A stretch of DNA of 63,975 nt, counting the filler, from an uncultured Methanoregulaceae archaeon (lineage in GTDB: Archaea > Halobacteriota > Methanomicrobia > Methanomicrobiales > Methanospirillaceae): NCBI GenBank assembly GCA_964530035.1. It is 7 parts of 7 records of this genome, joined end to end, with 100 filler letters (N's around TTAATTAATTAA, not from the genome) between each part and the next. Parts side by side here need not be neighbours in the genome. Positions count along the whole stretch, not along the records: positions 20,130 to 29,841 come from CAZGXZ010000094.1; positions 29,942 to 39,475 come from CAZGXZ010000096.1; 5 more parts are not named here. The stretch is one strand, 5' to 3'. Below are positions 20,130-31,707 of the stretch, piece after piece. The position numbers and the translations under genes were made by a program. Within the stretch, counting starts at the first letter, position 1. Each line of letters starts with the position of its first letter. The notes under the pieces were generated by a model. It did not search any database. It saw nothing but the letters and a program-made list of their open reading frames with translations, and was not told the DNA's origin.

Positions 20130-22160
20130 ATCCCCATCATGGTAGGGCTGCCCTTCATCCAGCCGTCGCTCATCGCGTACAAGGTCATAGAAATCGAACC
20201 CGAGAACGCCGTCATCATCACGAAGAACACCAGGGTCGAGTTCTCGGAAAAACCTGCGAAAGGGTTTGAAGGGGTCAAGCGCATTTCGTACGAGGACATA
20301 GGGGGCTTGAAGGACGAGCTCCAGAGGTTGCACGAGACCATCGAGCTCCCCATCCGGCACCCGGAGCTCTTCAGGAAGCTCGGGATAGAACCTCCCAAGG
20401 GTGTCCTCCTGTACGGGCCCCCGGGTACCGGAAAGACCCTGATTGCGAAGGCCGTTGCAAACGAGAGCGGGGCCCATTTCATCTCGGTCGCGGGCCCTGA
20501 AGTCATTTCAAAATACTATGGCGAGAGCGAGCAGCGGCTCCGCGAGGTCTTCGAGGAGGCCCGTACCAATGCTCCGGCCATCATCTTCATCGATGAGCTT
20601 GACTCGATAACCCCGAGGAGGGAGGAGGTCACGGGAGAGGTCGAGCGACGCGTCGTCGCCCAGCTCCTGACCATGATGGACGGCCTCGAGCACCGGGGGC
20701 AGGTGGTCGTGATCGGGGCTACCAACCGGCTGGACGCCATAGATCCCGCCCTTCGCCGCCCGGGCCGGTTCGACAGGGAGATCGAGATCGGGGTCCCGGC
20801 TGAGACAGACCGGAACGACATCCTGAAGATCCATACGAGGGGCATGCCCCTTGCCGAGGATGTCAGGCTCGACGTCCTCGCCCAGCAGACCCATGGTTTC
20901 GTGGGCGCCGACCTTGCCGCCCTGGGGAGGGAGGCCGCGATCCGGGCGCTCAGGCGCTATCTCCCGGACATCAACCTTGAGGAGAAGGAGATCCCCGAGG
21001 AGGTCCTCGACCGGATGTTCGTCACCGGAAAGGACTTCCGCACGGCTCTCCGGGACGTGAGCCCCTCGGCCATGCGGGAGGTCATGCTGGAGGTAAGCCA
21101 CGTGAGCTGGCAGGACGTCGGCGGTCTCGAGGCGGCAAAGCAGGAGGTCAGGGAGGCGGTCGAGTACCCGCTCACGGACCGCCAGCGGTTCGAAGACCTG
21201 GGAATCGTTCCCCCGAGGGGAGTGCTCCTGTACGGACCGCCCGGCACTGGGAAGACCCTCATCGCAAAGGCCGTTGCAAACGAGAGCGGTGCCAATTTCA
21301 TCGCGGTCAGGGGCCCGCAGATCCTGTCGAAATGGGTGGGCGAAAGCGAGCGGGCCGTCCGGGAGATATTCAAGAAGGCGAGACAGGTCGCGCCGGCCAT
21401 CATCTTCTTCGACGAGATCGATGCGATCGCCCCTGCCCGGGGCTCCACGGGCGACAGTCACGTCATCGAAAGTGTCCTCAACCAGTTCCTCACCGAGATG
21501 GACGGACTCGAGGAGCTGAAGGACGTCGTGGTGATGGGTGCGACCAACCGGCCCGACATCGTCGACCCCGCCCTTCTCAGGGCAGGGCGGTTCGACCGGC
21601 TCGTCTTTATCGGCGAGCCTGATACCGTCGACAGGAGGAAGATCCTGTCGATCCACACCCGTTCAATGCCCATCGAGGGTTCGGTCTCTGAGGAGATCGT
21701 AACCAGGACGGACGGTTTTTCCGAGGAGTTCATCGTCGAAGCACTGGAAAGGATCGGGAACGGAAGCACGCTGGACCCCGGCCAGGTCATGGCGCTCTTT
21801 CCGGGAGAAAGACCTGAGGGAACAACCCCGGCGACCCGTGCAGCCCGTCGCCGGATACTCTCCGAAACACTTGCCAGGAAGGACCTGGTCCTTCCCGACC
21901 CGGCACGCGAGGCCCTGATCGGCACCATAGCCCAGAGGACAGCCGGATATGTCGGGGCCGACCTCGAGTCCCTCTGCCGCGAGGCCGGCATGCTGGCGAT
22001 GAGACAGGGCTCTGTGATGGTCACGTCAGGACATTTTGAGCAGGCCCTCGAGAAGGTGCACCCGACAATGAACAAGAACCTCGTCGAGTCATACCAGCGT
22101 ATCCAGCAGCACTTCAAGGGAGGTCTCCCGAAGGACGTCCAGCCCCCTGAGTACCAGTGA
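20130..22160 (+). CDS. cdc48: CDC48/VCP family AAA ATPase (5' partial)
   Basis: Two AAA modules, each with [10 protein letters not shown](L/I)D and an SRH ([18 protein letters not shown]). C-terminal EYQ. Confidence 0.96.
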   Translation: MPIMVGLPFIQPSLIAYKVIEIEPENAVIITKNTRVEFSEKPAKGFEGVKRISYEDIGGLKDELQRLHETIELPIRHPELFRKLGIEPPKGVLLYGPPGTGKTLIAKAVANESGAHFISVAGPEVISKYYGESEQRLREVFEEARTNAPAIIFIDELDSITPRREEVTGEVERRVVAQLLTMMDGLEHRGQVVVIGATNRLDAIDPALRRPGRFDREIEIGVPAETDRNDILKIHTRGMPLAEDVRLDVLAQQTHGFVGADLAALGREAAIRALRRYLPDINLEEKEIPEEVLDRMFVTGKDFRTALRDVSPSAMREVMLEVSHVSWQDVGGLEAAKQEVREAVEYPLTDRQRFEDLGIVPPRGVLLYGPPGTGKTLIAKAVANESGANFIAVRGPQILSKWVGESERAVREIFKKARQVAPAIIFFDEIDAIAPARGSTGDSHVIESVLNQFLTEMDGLEELKDVVVMGATNRPDIVDPALLRAGRFDRLVFIGEPDTVDRRKILSIHTRSMPIEGSVSEEIVTRTDGFSEEFIVEALERIGNGSTLDPGQVMALFPGERPEGTTPATRAARRRILSETLARKDLVLPDPAREALIGTIAQRTAGYVGADLESLCREAGMLAMRQGSVMVTSGHFEQALEKVHPTMNKNLVESYQRIQQHFKGGLPKDVQPPEYQ

Positions 22161-22404
22161 CCAGAAAACCCGGTAAGACTTCTTTTTTCCTTCTGTTTGG
22201 TCATTTCCTGGTATTCCGGGCCCCTCCCCGGGCGGTCGCTTCCCGGGAGTCCGGGTCCTGGTCGCGGGAAGGGAGACACCCCGGTCTGATCAGTCTGGTT
22301 GAGTCTCACCACAGTCCGGCGGGGGCCAGGACCGTAACGAGAACTCTGAACGATTTTATCGTCCCTGCCGGTCAATGGTGTAACGCAGGAGAGCAAGGCT
22401 ACCC

Positions 22405-23952
22405 ATGGCAAATGTTACGTCGCTCCTTGATGCAAGGAGTGTCCCGGAGCTGAAACCCGCCCTTATCTGCCCCTCGCGAAACAGTACCCTCACCTACCGC
22501 GACCTGCGCCAGATGATGAACCGGGTCGGAAACGGGCTCATCCGGATTGGTGTGCAAAAGGGCGACCGGGTCTGCATATACCTTGACTCGACCCCGGAGT
22601 ATCTCGTGTCCTACTTTGCCATCTGGCGCATCGGGGCGGTCGCCGTGCCGACCAACATCGTCTTCCGCGGTGACGAGCTGCTCCATGCCCTCAACGACGC
22701 GGGGGCGACAGCGGTTATTACCGACCCTGCCGGTGCGGCAGTCGCAGAAGAAGTCCGCAGCAGGGCGAAAAGCCTGAAACATATCATCGTGATCAACAAG
22801 GCCGGTCACTGGGACGCCGCCGGGACAGACCTCCTCGCCTCCTCCCCGGACCTCCGTGCGGTCCACTGTGCCTGCGACGACCTCTGCCAGCTCCAGTACA
22901 CCTCGGGGACCACGGGTAAGCCGAAAGGGGCCATGTTGTCCCACGGGAACTGGATGAGCGCCCTGGACGCGGAGCGGGAGGCGCTCCGGATGCAGCCTGA
23001 TGATGTCTACCTCGGCATCTACCCGATGGGGCATGTCGGTGTCAGCTGGGGGCTTGCCGCCCTCCGCGCCGGTGCGACATTCGTCATGATGGAGCGGTTC
23101 GACCTCGGACGGTACCTCGACCTGTGCAGGGAATACCGGGTCACCGTGCTTGCGGGCATGCCCCCGGTCATCCACTCCCTGGTCAACAGCCCGCCCGGGA
23201 CCGGGGAGGCGCTTTCCACGGTCCGGGTGATCATCAGCGGGGGCGGCCAGCTCCTCCCGTCTCTCTGGGAGGCCTTCGACCGTCGTTTCGGGATCCCGGT
23301 CGCGAACTCGTACGGGCTCTCCGAGACCATCGTGATCGGTTCAGGTACGACCACGATCCCAGGGTACCCCCACCTTACCAGGGACTTCACGAGTGTCGGG
23401 GTGGCGGTCGGCTACACCGAGGTCATGGTGGTCGATACCGCGGAGCCTGACCGGGAGCTCCCACCCGGGGAGACCGGGGAGGTCGCCCTCCGCGGTCCGT
23501 CCGTTGCGCACGGGTACTGGAACCTCAGGGAGGAGACTGCCGCCGTCTTCAGGAAAGGGGGTTGGTTCCTTTCCGGCGACATCGGGTACCTCGATGATGA
23601 CGGGGTCCTTTTCATCACCGACCGGAAGAAGGACATGATCATCATGTCCGGGTGGAAGGTCTACCCGACCGAGGTGGAGAACGTCCTGGTCAACCACCCG
23701 GCGGTGGCAGACATTGCCGTCTTCGGGGTGCCTGACGAGCACCGCGGGGAGGTCCCGGTCGCAGCGGTGGTCGTGAAGGACGGTTCGCAGGTCACTGCTG
23801 ACGACATCATTGCCTTCGCACGGGAGCGGCTCTCGGGGTACAAGGTCCCGCGGGCTGTCATAACCGTGCCTGCCCTCCCCAGGGTGCACGGCTGGAAACT
23901 GCTCAGGCGGACCCTCCGCGAGCAGTATGCCTCCCAGGTACCCAAAGCATAG
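22405..23952 (+). CDS. long-chain acyl-CoA synthetase / AMP-binding enzyme
   Basis: YTSGTTGKPKG, YGLSE, SGDIG and DRKKDMII motifs. Confidence 0.92.
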   Translation: MANVTSLLDARSVPELKPALICPSRNSTLTYRDLRQMMNRVGNGLIRIGVQKGDRVCIYLDSTPEYLVSYFAIWRIGAVAVPTNIVFRGDELLHALNDAGATAVITDPAGAAVAEEVRSRAKSLKHIIVINKAGHWDAAGTDLLASSPDLRAVHCACDDLCQLQYTSGTTGKPKGAMLSHGNWMSALDAEREALRMQPDDVYLGIYPMGHVGVSWGLAALRAGATFVMMERFDLGRYLDLCREYRVTVLAGMPPVIHSLVNSPPGTGEALSTVRVIISGGGQLLPSLWEAFDRRFGIPVANSYGLSETIVIGSGTTTIPGYPHLTRDFTSVGVAVGYTEVMVVDTAEPDRELPPGETGEVALRGPSVAHGYWNLREETAAVFRKGGWFLSGDIGYLDDDGVLFITDRKKDMIIMSGWKVYPTEVENVLVNHPAVADIAVFGVPDEHRGEVPVAAVVVKDGSQVTADDIIAFARERLSGYKVPRAVITVPALPRVHGWKLLRRTLREQYASQVPKA

Positions 23953-24000
23953 ATAATCCATTCGGGACAAGGTTCAGTACCAAAAAGGGGTGGAGAATCC

Positions 24001-24585
24001 ATGGCACCATCTGGCAAGCGCTCAACCGGCATCGTAGGTCTTGACCTGGCCCTGTCCGGGGGTTTCCCTGTCGGCATGACCGCCATCATCATCGGGTCGC
24101 CCCTTTCCGGGATAGAGCACCTGCCCCTCCAGTTCTGGAATGCGGAGGGGAAGAAGGGGACCTACCTGATGCTGGACGGGCTCCCCGAGGAAGGGATGGT
24201 GGAGGCGAAGGGCAAGTCCCCGGAAGAGATCGCTTCGTACTTCAATACCGAACGCGTCGTCATCGACTCGCTCTCGTCCATCATCATGGACCACGGGATT
24301 GAGGCGGGCCTTGAACTAATCCGCAGCGCCCGGGACCGGGCGAGGAAGGACGGGTCCAACATCCTCTTCATCGTATACGAAAAGACCCACCTCCCCGTCG
24401 AGGAGATACGGCTTCAGCGCTCTGCGGACATATTCATAGAGCTCAGGACCAGTGTCCAGATGAATGAGATCGAGCGCTCCCTGATCGTGTATAAAATCCG
24501 GGACCATCCCGCTCCACGCCGCGTCGTCCCGTATCTGATCACTGAAAAGGGGCTTGAGCTCTCGACCACGTCCAGGATTGTGTGA
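24001..24585 (+). CDS. RAD55/KaiC-family protein with degenerate Walker A
   Basis: STGIVGLDLALSGG, RVVIDSLS and LIVYKIR motifs. Walker A reads GSPLSGIE. Confidence 0.8.
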   Translation: MAPSGKRSTGIVGLDLALSGGFPVGMTAIIIGSPLSGIEHLPLQFWNAEGKKGTYLMLDGLPEEGMVEAKGKSPEEIASYFNTERVVIDSLSSIIMDHGIEAGLELIRSARDRARKDGSNILFIVYEKTHLPVEEIRLQRSADIFIELRTSVQMNEIERSLIVYKIRDHPAPRRVVPYLITEKGLELSTTSRIV

Positions 24586-25488
24586 TCACAGGTCTTTCCT
24601 GACGTTTTTAACCGCTTCAACCATCCGGGAGAGTTTCTCGCGTGCGGCGTCCCGCTGGCGCATCCGGAGACCGCAGTCTGGGTCGGCGAGGAGCCGGTCC
24701 GGCCCGAAGAGCTCCACACCCCTGCGCACGACCTTCTCGATCTCCGGAACCTGCTCTATCATGTCTGAGGTCGAATCGATGCAGCCCAGGCCGATCTTCT
24801 TTCCCTTCAGGTCGTTCCGGCCCATCACCTCGAGGTTCCCCGGGTTCCTTGAAAACTCAAGGTCGAGGACATCGACCGGCATGGCGATAAGGGAATCGGC
24901 GATCGCCGTGATGGAACCGCAGGCATGGAGGACAACCGGAAGCGACGTGCTTTCAGCGATGACCCGGATTCCTTCGCGTCCGGTATCGAGGTCGGCAGCC
25001 CCTGTTGAAAAGATGGGCTCGTCGACCTGGACCATGCACACCCCGGCCCGTTCCAGTTCGCGGGCCTCGTGAGCCAGCGCAAGGGCGATGTCGGGCACGA
25101 GCTCCTCGCGTGAACGGTACTGGCGGGTCCGGAGGTGGAGCCCGTGGGCGAGAGTCGAGGGGCCGGTGAGGATGCCCTTGACGAACGGGTGCTGCGTGCA
25201 GGCATAGGCCGTATCATGGACCGTTATACCGAACGATGCCGGCATGACCTTCCCGGTCACCTCCTGGCCGTTGATCCCCGGCAACCTTGATGCAAAGGCG
25301 GTCACCATGTCGGCCCTGACCTGCCCGTCGGAGATGATGTCAATGCCTGCCGCCCGCTGGTCATCGACGGCGTTCCTGACCGCCGCCTTCATGGGGTCGA
25401 GGAGTGAACGGAGGCCTCTTCCCGCGACGACAGGGTATGACCCGACGACGGTCGTGGGGATGGGGACAGCAGGCAGCCCGGGGTTCAT
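24586..25488 (-). CDS. metE: core (methylcobalamin-dependent) methionine synthase, MetE C-terminal-domain type
   Basis: TTVVGSYP, DIISDGQ, KGILTGP, QVDEP, LHACG and DPDCGL zinc ligands. Single-domain length. Confidence 0.9.
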   Translation of the reverse strand: MNPGLPAVPIPTTVVGSYPVVAGRGLRSLLDPMKAAVRNAVDDQRAAGIDIISDGQVRADMVTAFASRLPGINGQEVTGKVMPASFGITVHDTAYACTQHPFVKGILTGPSTLAHGLHLRTRQYRSREELVPDIALALAHEARELERAGVCMVQVDEPIFSTGAADLDTGREGIRVIAESTSLPVVLHACGSITAIADSLIAMPVDVLDLEFSRNPGNLEVMGRNDLKGKKIGLGCIDSTSDMIEQVPEIEKVVRRGVELFGPDRLLADPDCGLRMRQRDAAREKLSRMVEAVKNVRKDL

Positions 25489-26777
25489 GGTACGAGACGG
25501 TGTCTGTCGCGGGGGAATAAAACAGCTTCCCTGATGTTCTGCAGGCCGAGCATGGTGGTCACGAGCCGCTCGGCCCCGAGTCCCCAGCCGGCATGCGGCG
25601 GCATCCCGTACCTGAAGGGGTTCAGGTAAAAGCCGAAATTGTCGGGGTTGAGGCCTTTTGCGGCGATCTGGCGTACCAGGAGGTCATGCTGGTGGACCCG
25701 CTCCGCTCCGCTTGAAAGCTCCATCCTCGGGTGCATGAGGTCGAAGGCCTTCGAAACAGAGGGGTTTTCCTCGTAGGGCATGGCATAATAAGGCTTGATC
25801 TCCGTCGGCCAGTCCACGATGAAGTAGTGTTCGCCCATCTCCTCCCCTATGGCGCGTTCGGCGGCGGTCGACAGGTCGTCACCATAGGCGATCGGCTCAT
25901 CGAGCTTTGGCGCGGCGATGTCGATGGCGTCCTTGTACTGAAGCCTTTTGAAGCCGGGCTTCGGGACGGCGAATGCCTCGTATTCGATGGCGGCGATCTG
26001 TGCGGAACAGTCCCGCTCTACGTCACGATAGCAGGCGATGACAAGATCCTCGAGGAGCTGCATGACCTCCTCGTGGCCGGCGAACGAGACCTCGACGTCG
26101 ATCGAGGTCGCTTCGTTGAGGTGCTTGGTGGTATTGTGTTCCTCGGCACGGAATATCGGGCCTATCTCGAAGACCCGGTCGAAGCCGGCGGCGATCATCA
26201 TCTGTTTGTAGAGCTGCGGGCTCTGGTTGAGAAACGCCTCTTTTTCAAAGTAGGCTATGGGGAAGAGCTCGGTCCCGCCCTCGGTCGCCGCCGCGACGAT
26301 CTTCGGGGTGGTGATACTGATGAACTCCCGCTCGTACAGGAACTCGTGGACGGTCCTCAGCACCCGCGAGCGTATCTGGAAGATGGCAGCGACCCTGGGC
26401 CGGCGTGCGTCGAGGAACCGGGCGTCAAGCCGGGTATCGAGCTCAGCCGGGACCTTCTCAGCCACGTCGAGGGGCAGGGGACTTTCCGAGGCGCTGACAA
26501 GCGTGATCCGTTCCGGGACCAGCTCCCTGCCGCCCGGGGCCTTTTCGATGCCCTTGACCTTACCCTCGACCGTGATCACCGATTCCTTTGAGAGCGAGCG
26601 GACCGTCTCGACGACGGCTTCCGGGACCTTCTTCTTCGGGATGGTGACCTGGAGGATCCCGGTCCGGTCCCGGAGGAGGATGAAGGCGAGTCCCCCGAGG
26701 TCGCGGATCTCGTGGACCCACCCGGTGACGGAAGCCGTCTGCGTGTCCGGCGTGACTGATGCGATGGATGTACGCAT
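25485..26777 (-). CDS. aspS: aspartate--tRNA(Asp/Asn) ligase
   Basis: [41 protein letters not shown] and FPRD motifs. Confidence 0.97.
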   Translation of the reverse strand: MRTSIASVTPDTQTASVTGWVHEIRDLGGLAFILLRDRTGILQVTIPKKKVPEAVVETVRSLSKESVITVEGKVKGIEKAPGGRELVPERITLVSASESPLPLDVAEKVPAELDTRLDARFLDARRPRVAAIFQIRSRVLRTVHEFLYEREFISITTPKIVAAATEGGTELFPIAYFEKEAFLNQSPQLYKQMMIAAGFDRVFEIGPIFRAEEHNTTKHLNEATSIDVEVSFAGHEEVMQLLEDLVIACYRDVERDCSAQIAAIEYEAFAVPKPGFKRLQYKDAIDIAAPKLDEPIAYGDDLSTAAERAIGEEMGEHYFIVDWPTEIKPYYAMPYEENPSVSKAFDLMHPRMELSSGAERVHQHDLLVRQIAAKGLNPDNFGFYLNPFRYGMPPHAGWGLGAERLVTTMLGLQNIREAVLFPRDRHRLVP

Positions 26778-26908
26778 GATAAAACCCGGTACTATGGGGG
26801 CGTGAACCATAATGGTTTTATGGGAGGCCTGGTGTATGACAGAAAAGAGCGCTTCCCTGGAAGGGATTTATAAAAGGAGTATTGGACCTGATACCGGTCC
26901 TGGTGGAA

Positions 26909-27259
26909 TCACTTGAGGGTTACGGAGTTTGCCACTTTCAGCTTGTGGAACGCTGAATTCGTGGTCTTGGTTGTTGATAATGCCACCACGGTCTTCTTCG
27001 TCAGGAGCGAAGTCGACGGCTGGTAGTTGGCGATAACCGGGAGCGTCGGGAGCGGGGTTACCTCGACGGGCGGCTTCCACTCGAGCTTGTACCAGTCGCT
27101 TATCGCTTCATTCGTGGTGAGGCCCGGGCCTGCAGGGATCTGGCTCTCGTCACCGAAATATCCACCAATTCCTGTTGCAACTCCGCCGTCAGCCGCCGCA
27201 ATTCCGAACAGCAGGAGCATCCCGAGGACCGCCCCTGCAACCATCTTTATCGTTGTCAT
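26909..27259 (-). CDS. secreted hypothetical protein
   Basis: Signal peptide (MTTIKMVAGAVLGMLLLFGIAAA) and a Ser/Thr/Lys-rich tail. Confidence 0.6.
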   Translation of the reverse strand: MTTIKMVAGAVLGMLLLFGIAAADGGVATGIGGYFGDESQIPAGPGLTTNEAISDWYKLEWKPPVEVTPLPTLPVIANYQPSTSLLTKKTVVALSTTKTTNSAFHKLKVANSVTLK

Positions 27260-27815
27260 TTCCTTCACCCTCGTATGGACCGGTATCAGATCGTGTCCGC
27301 ACTTTCATCTGCATCCTGGTATTAAGATAATATGCGAGATCATGGGGAATGACGCCAAAAGAGCAAATTATCAGGTGATTTTAATGAGTGACAACAATGA
27401 TATTCATTGGTCTGACGGGTCCCGGTGCATACCATTGCCCGGTCATTTCATGCAACGGATTGGGTAACGTATCTTTGCTCAATCCCGTATATGACGATTT
27501 TTCAGGGTATTATTCCTGAGCTAGCAGCCATAATGGGAAATGTGGAGTCATTCGGTGACATCGGTACACCGGAAGGGAAGGAATATGTCCGGGTGGGGAA
27601 CGCGCCCTGATGTTTTTGGATCCGGTCAGTTCCCGAACTTTTTTCCGCAGTTTCATAATCCCTGGACCAGGGTGCCCCTGGAAAAACGGAATGAAATCAA
27701 GCCCTTTTGGATATTGCAGGTATAGTCCCCCTCCAGGTTTCTCCCGTGCGGGAACCGCTACGGAACGCCTCCGGGTGTGTCGTTTCAGGACTGAAAAAGA
27801 GAAAAGTGGCAGGGA

Positions 27816-29841
27816 TCAGTTCCGCAGCCTGATGAGGTCCTTGAAGTTAAAGGCCGGGGTCGGGATGAACCCGACGTGCGACCTGAGCGAAGTGACCATC
27901 GCGGAGATCGTGGCGACCGGCCCGAACTCTCTGTTCGGGGTCTTTATCTGCGAAGACCCGGCTTCGTTCATGAACCTGGCAGTCGACGGGAGCTTGCTTG
28001 CCGCGAACTCCGATATCGCGAAGGCGGTGTCTGCGGCCTTGGTCGGGGCAAGCGAGAAGTGTCCCGGCACCGTGGACTTCATGTAGGTCTTTTCAGGCAC
28101 CCGCTGGTTCTGCGGCCAGGGCCCGGTGACGTTGATCTCAAGTTCGAGGACCTCCCCGCACCATGTCGTGTTGTCGAAGAGCAGCTGGTAGCGTAGGGTG
28201 TGGTCACCGGGGTGGTTGATGGGCGCGGTGAGCAGGAACCTGAACGGATACGTTTGTCCTCCACAGACCTCCTGGTTGAGAGGTATCAGCTCCGGACCAA
28301 AGAGCCGTGCGTCTTCGTTGATAGCAGCGAGCCAGGTGCTGTTCGGGAGCCAGCACGCCTCGCAGGTATTCCAGACTGTCGCGTTGACCCAGAACCTGTA
28401 TCCCGGTTCGATATACCGTGGCGCCGTGTAGTTTGGCGTTACGTTCATCCAGGTCGCATTGCAGCAGAGATCCACGTCAGGGAATGTCAGGGTCGGTAGT
28501 ACTTCGGGATTATATGGTTGCGTCGGGGTTTCCGTAACACTCGGAGTTTCGAAGGGTGTGAAGGGGATAGTCAGGGTAGGTGTAGGCGTCTCGAATGGAG
28601 TGACAGTGGTAGTTGGTGTGGGGGTGGCAGTCACTGTGGGGGTGGGAGTCTCGAATGGAGTAACGGTGGTGGTAGGCGTGGGGGTAGCAGTCGATGTAGG
28701 TGTAGGAGTGACGGTGGTAGTTGGTGTGGGAGTAGCAGTCACTGTGGGGGTGGGAGTCTCGAATGGAGTAACGGTGGTGGTAGGCGTGGNNNNNNNNNNN
28801 NNNNNNNNNNNNNNNNNNNNNNNNNNNNNNNNNNNNNNNNNNNNNNNNNNNNNNNNNNNNNNNNNNNNNNNNNNNNNNNNNNNNNNNNNGCTTCGGGCAT
28901 CCTGGGCAGTCCGTATCGAGAAGCGTTGCATTTTTGAGTGCGTGCTGCTCGAAGTTGTCCGGGTCAGGGGAACTGTCCTGGTCTACCTGGTATGTCTCAT
29001 CGCAGAACCCGTCGTTGTCAGCATCTATGCAGGTCTCTGAGAAGCCATATTTTCCACTGGTTGCAATCTGCCAGTAGTTCGCCGCCCATGCATTGTTTGT
29101 GTTCGTCCCGTCCATCCTCGCATTGAGTGCAGTGTCGCTGCTGCCTGTATTCTTCTGGACAAACCAGTTCCAGGAGAAGCTGTTATCCGAGGCGTCCTTC
29201 AGGTACACGTTTGCATAGCTGCTCCGGTTCACCCGGTTGTTTTCCACGCTCGTGTTCGTAACCGACTCGAAACTCATCCCGATGCCATTGTTGCCTTTTA
29301 TCTCATCGATGTGGTTCCGTGTGACGGTACCGTTCCTGCTGTCCACCATGCGGATTCCATACGTGAAGTCGTTTCCAGCACCGGAGATGTCACTGATATT
29401 GTTGCAGTATATCGTCGAGAAGTTGGACTTGAAGTTGTAAATGCCGGTCCCTGGAGCGTCCTTTGAGCCAGTTCCCGCGATATGGTGGATCTTGTTGTAT
29501 ATTAACTGGGTGTTGTTCGAGTAGGTGACGGAGATGCCTTTAATCGGTTCGCTGGACGTCCCGGAGATGTCGCTGATGGAGCTGTGGTTCACCAGTACGT
29601 TTTGTGAATTGTCAATCCATATGCCTGCGAACTGCTCGTCGTTGCTTCCCTGGCCTCCACTGCTCCCATGAAGGTCGGTAATCGTGACGTCCTGGATCTG
29701 TATGTCCTTCGAGTCCTTGACAATAACTCCGTAATTATCGCCGTTGTCAACCGTTACGTGGTCGATAATCCCGTTCAGGACATTCAGCATCTGGATCCCG
29801 ACGTCCCATTTTTCCAGGGCGAGGTTATAAATCCCGACATT
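27816..29841 (-). CDS. large cell-surface protein: parallel beta-helix (NosD/CASH-like) + Thr-Pro linker + NBR1-Ig-like domain; 5' partial, spans gap 28790-28889
   Basis: GIxx..N..I beta-helix repeats and the ANYW..DADNDGFCD NosD-type end. TPTPT repeats, then PGYRFWVNATVWNT..FLLTAP..PGDH..YQL Ig-like domain. The frame change falls in the N gap. Confidence 0.75.
28540..28789 (-). repeat. coding tandem repeats (TPFETPTPTVTATPTPTTTV units)
   Basis: GTCTCGAATGGAGT recurs at about 28588, 28648 and 28756. The array runs into an N gap. Confidence 0.85.
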
Positions 29842-29941
29842 NNNNNNNNNNNNNNNNNNNNNNNNNNNNNNNNNNNNNNNNNNNNTTAATTAATTAANNN
29901 NNNNNNNNNNNNNNNNNNNNNNNNNNNNNNNNNNNNNNNNN

Positions 29942-30880
29942 CTGGTCGAAAAGCGGGAGTACACCGAGTACTACTACATCGCCGAGAGGATCTGCGGGAT
30001 CTGCAGTTTCATCCACAGCCTGACCTATGTCCAGGCCATAGAGGCCATCATGGACGTCGAGGTTCCGGACCGTGCCCGTTTTCTCCGGACGATCTGGTCC
30101 GAGTACTCCCGTCTCCATTCCCACCTCCTGTGGCTCGGGCTTTTCGCCGACGGGATCGGATACGAGAACCTGTTCATGAACTCCTGGAGGCTTCGGGAGA
30201 AAGTCCTCGACGAGCTCGAGGCGACCACCGGAGGACGGGTCATCCAGGGTGTCTGCAAGGTTGGCGGGGTCAGGCGTGATATCCCACAGGGTATGCTCCA
30301 TGACATGAAAGCCCGGATCACTGCGCTCCAGGCCGAAGCAAAGCCCATTCTCGATACGTTCCTGTATGACGACTCTATCGCCCACCGCCTGAAGGGAATA
30401 GGACTGCTTTCCCACAAGGACGCCTATGACCTTGGTGCGGTCGGCCCGACGGCACGGGGGTCAGGGATCCCCCAGGACCTCAGGAAGACCGGGTATGCTG
30501 CCTATGGCGACCTCGGCTTCGAGGCGGTCGTGGAAAACACCGACGACTGCTATGCCCGGTGTGCCGTCCGTGCGAAGGAGGTCTATACCTCGATAGACCT
30601 GATCCGCCAGGCAATCGACCAGATGCCTGAGGGCCCGGTGGAGGTCAAGGTGACGGGGGCCCCGGACGGCGAGTACTTCATGCGGACCGAGCAGCCCCGT
30701 GGCGAGGTGGTCCACTATGTCAAGGCCAACGGCTCGAAGAATTTGGTCAGGCACCGGGTCAGGACCCCGACCCTGGCGAACATCCCGCCCCTCGTCCACA
30801 TGCTGAAGGGCTGCGAGTTAGCCGACGTCCCCGTGATCGTGCTGAGTATCGACCCGTGCATCGGGTGTGCGGAGCGGTGA
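29942..30880 (+). CDS. echE: Ech [NiFe]-hydrogenase large subunit (5' partial)
   Basis: ERICGICS L1 motif and DPCIGCAER L2 motif at the C-terminus with no cleavable extension. EQPRGE motif. Confidence 0.93.
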   Translation: MVEKREYTEYYYIAERICGICSFIHSLTYVQAIEAIMDVEVPDRARFLRTIWSEYSRLHSHLLWLGLFADGIGYENLFMNSWRLREKVLDELEATTGGRVIQGVCKVGGVRRDIPQGMLHDMKARITALQAEAKPILDTFLYDDSIAHRLKGIGLLSHKDAYDLGAVGPTARGSGIPQDLRKTGYAAYGDLGFEAVVENTDDCYARCAVRAKEVYTSIDLIRQAIDQMPEGPVEVKVTGAPDGEYFMRTEQPRGEVVHYVKANGSKNLVRHRVRTPTLANIPPLVHMLKGCELADVPVIVLSIDPCIGCAER

Positions 30881-30886
30881 TCGACC

Positions 30887-31282
30887 ATGCCATTCCTGAA
30901 GGGAATAAAAACCGTTCTGTCGTCGGTTGCAAGGCGTCCGGCGACCCTTATGTACCCGGTCCGGGCGGCAAAGCGGATGCCGGTCTCCCGCGGCCATGTC
31001 GTGTTTGACGGCAGCAAGTGCATCAGCTGCAAGATCTGCATGAAAAAGTGCCCGACCGGGGCAATATGTCTCGACAAGGAGGCAAAGGACTGGTCCATCG
31101 ACCGGTTCAGGTGTATCGTCTGCAACTCCTGTGTCGAAACCTGCCCGTCAAAGTGCCTTTCCATGGACCCTGCCTACATTTCACCGGTTACGGAGCGGAT
31201 GGCGGCGGAACACTTTGCGATAACCTATGTGAAACCCGAACGGCCGGCACCAAAAAAGGCTGATGAAGCCCCGCCGGCCTGA
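30887..31282 (+). CDS. echF: Ech hydrogenase ferredoxin subunit
   Basis: PATLMYP and two CxxCxxCxxxCP motifs. Follows echE. Confidence 0.9.
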   Translation: MPFLKGIKTVLSSVARRPATLMYPVRAAKRMPVSRGHVVFDGSKCISCKICMKKCPTGAICLDKEAKDWSIDRFRCIVCNSCVETCPSKCLSMDPAYISPVTERMAAEHFAITYVKPERPAPKKADEAPPA

Positions 31283-31290
31283 TATCTTTT

Positions 31291-31707
31291 TTAGTGCCCC
31301 TGTTCCTTCTGTGCCGAAGCGTTGCCAGCGATGAGACCGGTACCCGCTGCGAACAATGGCATGACCAGGTACCTGACGCCGATGCCCATCAGCCAGACGA
31401 CCGGGTCCATCTTCAGCAGTCCGACGAGCACGACGAGGTCCAGCACCATGTTCATGAGGAGCCAGACGATCCCGGTTACCGCCCCGGTCTGGACGTAGTT
31501 CGAGGATATCCCTGAGAAGAGCCTGACCAGGAGGAGAACTCCGACCGCCGCACCGACGACGACCATGATCGACTTGAAGAGGGCCTCTTCGACGATGAGC
31601 GAGCCTTCCGGCGTGTAGAAGGGGATGGCGACGAGGAACGGGACGAGCCAGGTGAGAAAACCGAAGAGCAGGATCTGCTTCAAGGGAAGCGGGGTGAGGG
31701 TACTCAT
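31291..31707 (-). CDS. four-TM membrane protein of unknown function
   Basis: Four hydrophobic segments, including GFLTWLVPF and LFKSIMVVVG. Confidence 0.75.
   Translation of the reverse strand: MSTLTPLPLKQILLFGFLTWLVPFLVAIPFYTPEGSLIVEEALFKSIMVVVGAAVGVLLLVRLFSGISSNYVQTGAVTGIVWLLMNMVLDLVVLVGLLKMDPVVWLMGIGVRYLVMPLFAAGTGLIAGNASAQKEQGH

Noticed and set aside
21680..21930. ~80-aa insertion in the CDC48 D2 small domain as a possible intein
   Set aside because: There is no intein N-terminal block, C-terminal HN or endonuclease motif. It looks like a helical lineage-specific insert.
22200..22340. GC-rich intergenic stretch with short inverted repeats (GGTCCTGG/CCAGGACC)
   Set aside because: It has no tRNA, SRP or RNase P hallmarks, and such pairing is expected at this GC content.
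28540..28789. Short periodic repeats as a CRISPR array
   Set aside because: They are in-frame Thr/Pro codon repeats with no unique spacers and no cas genes.
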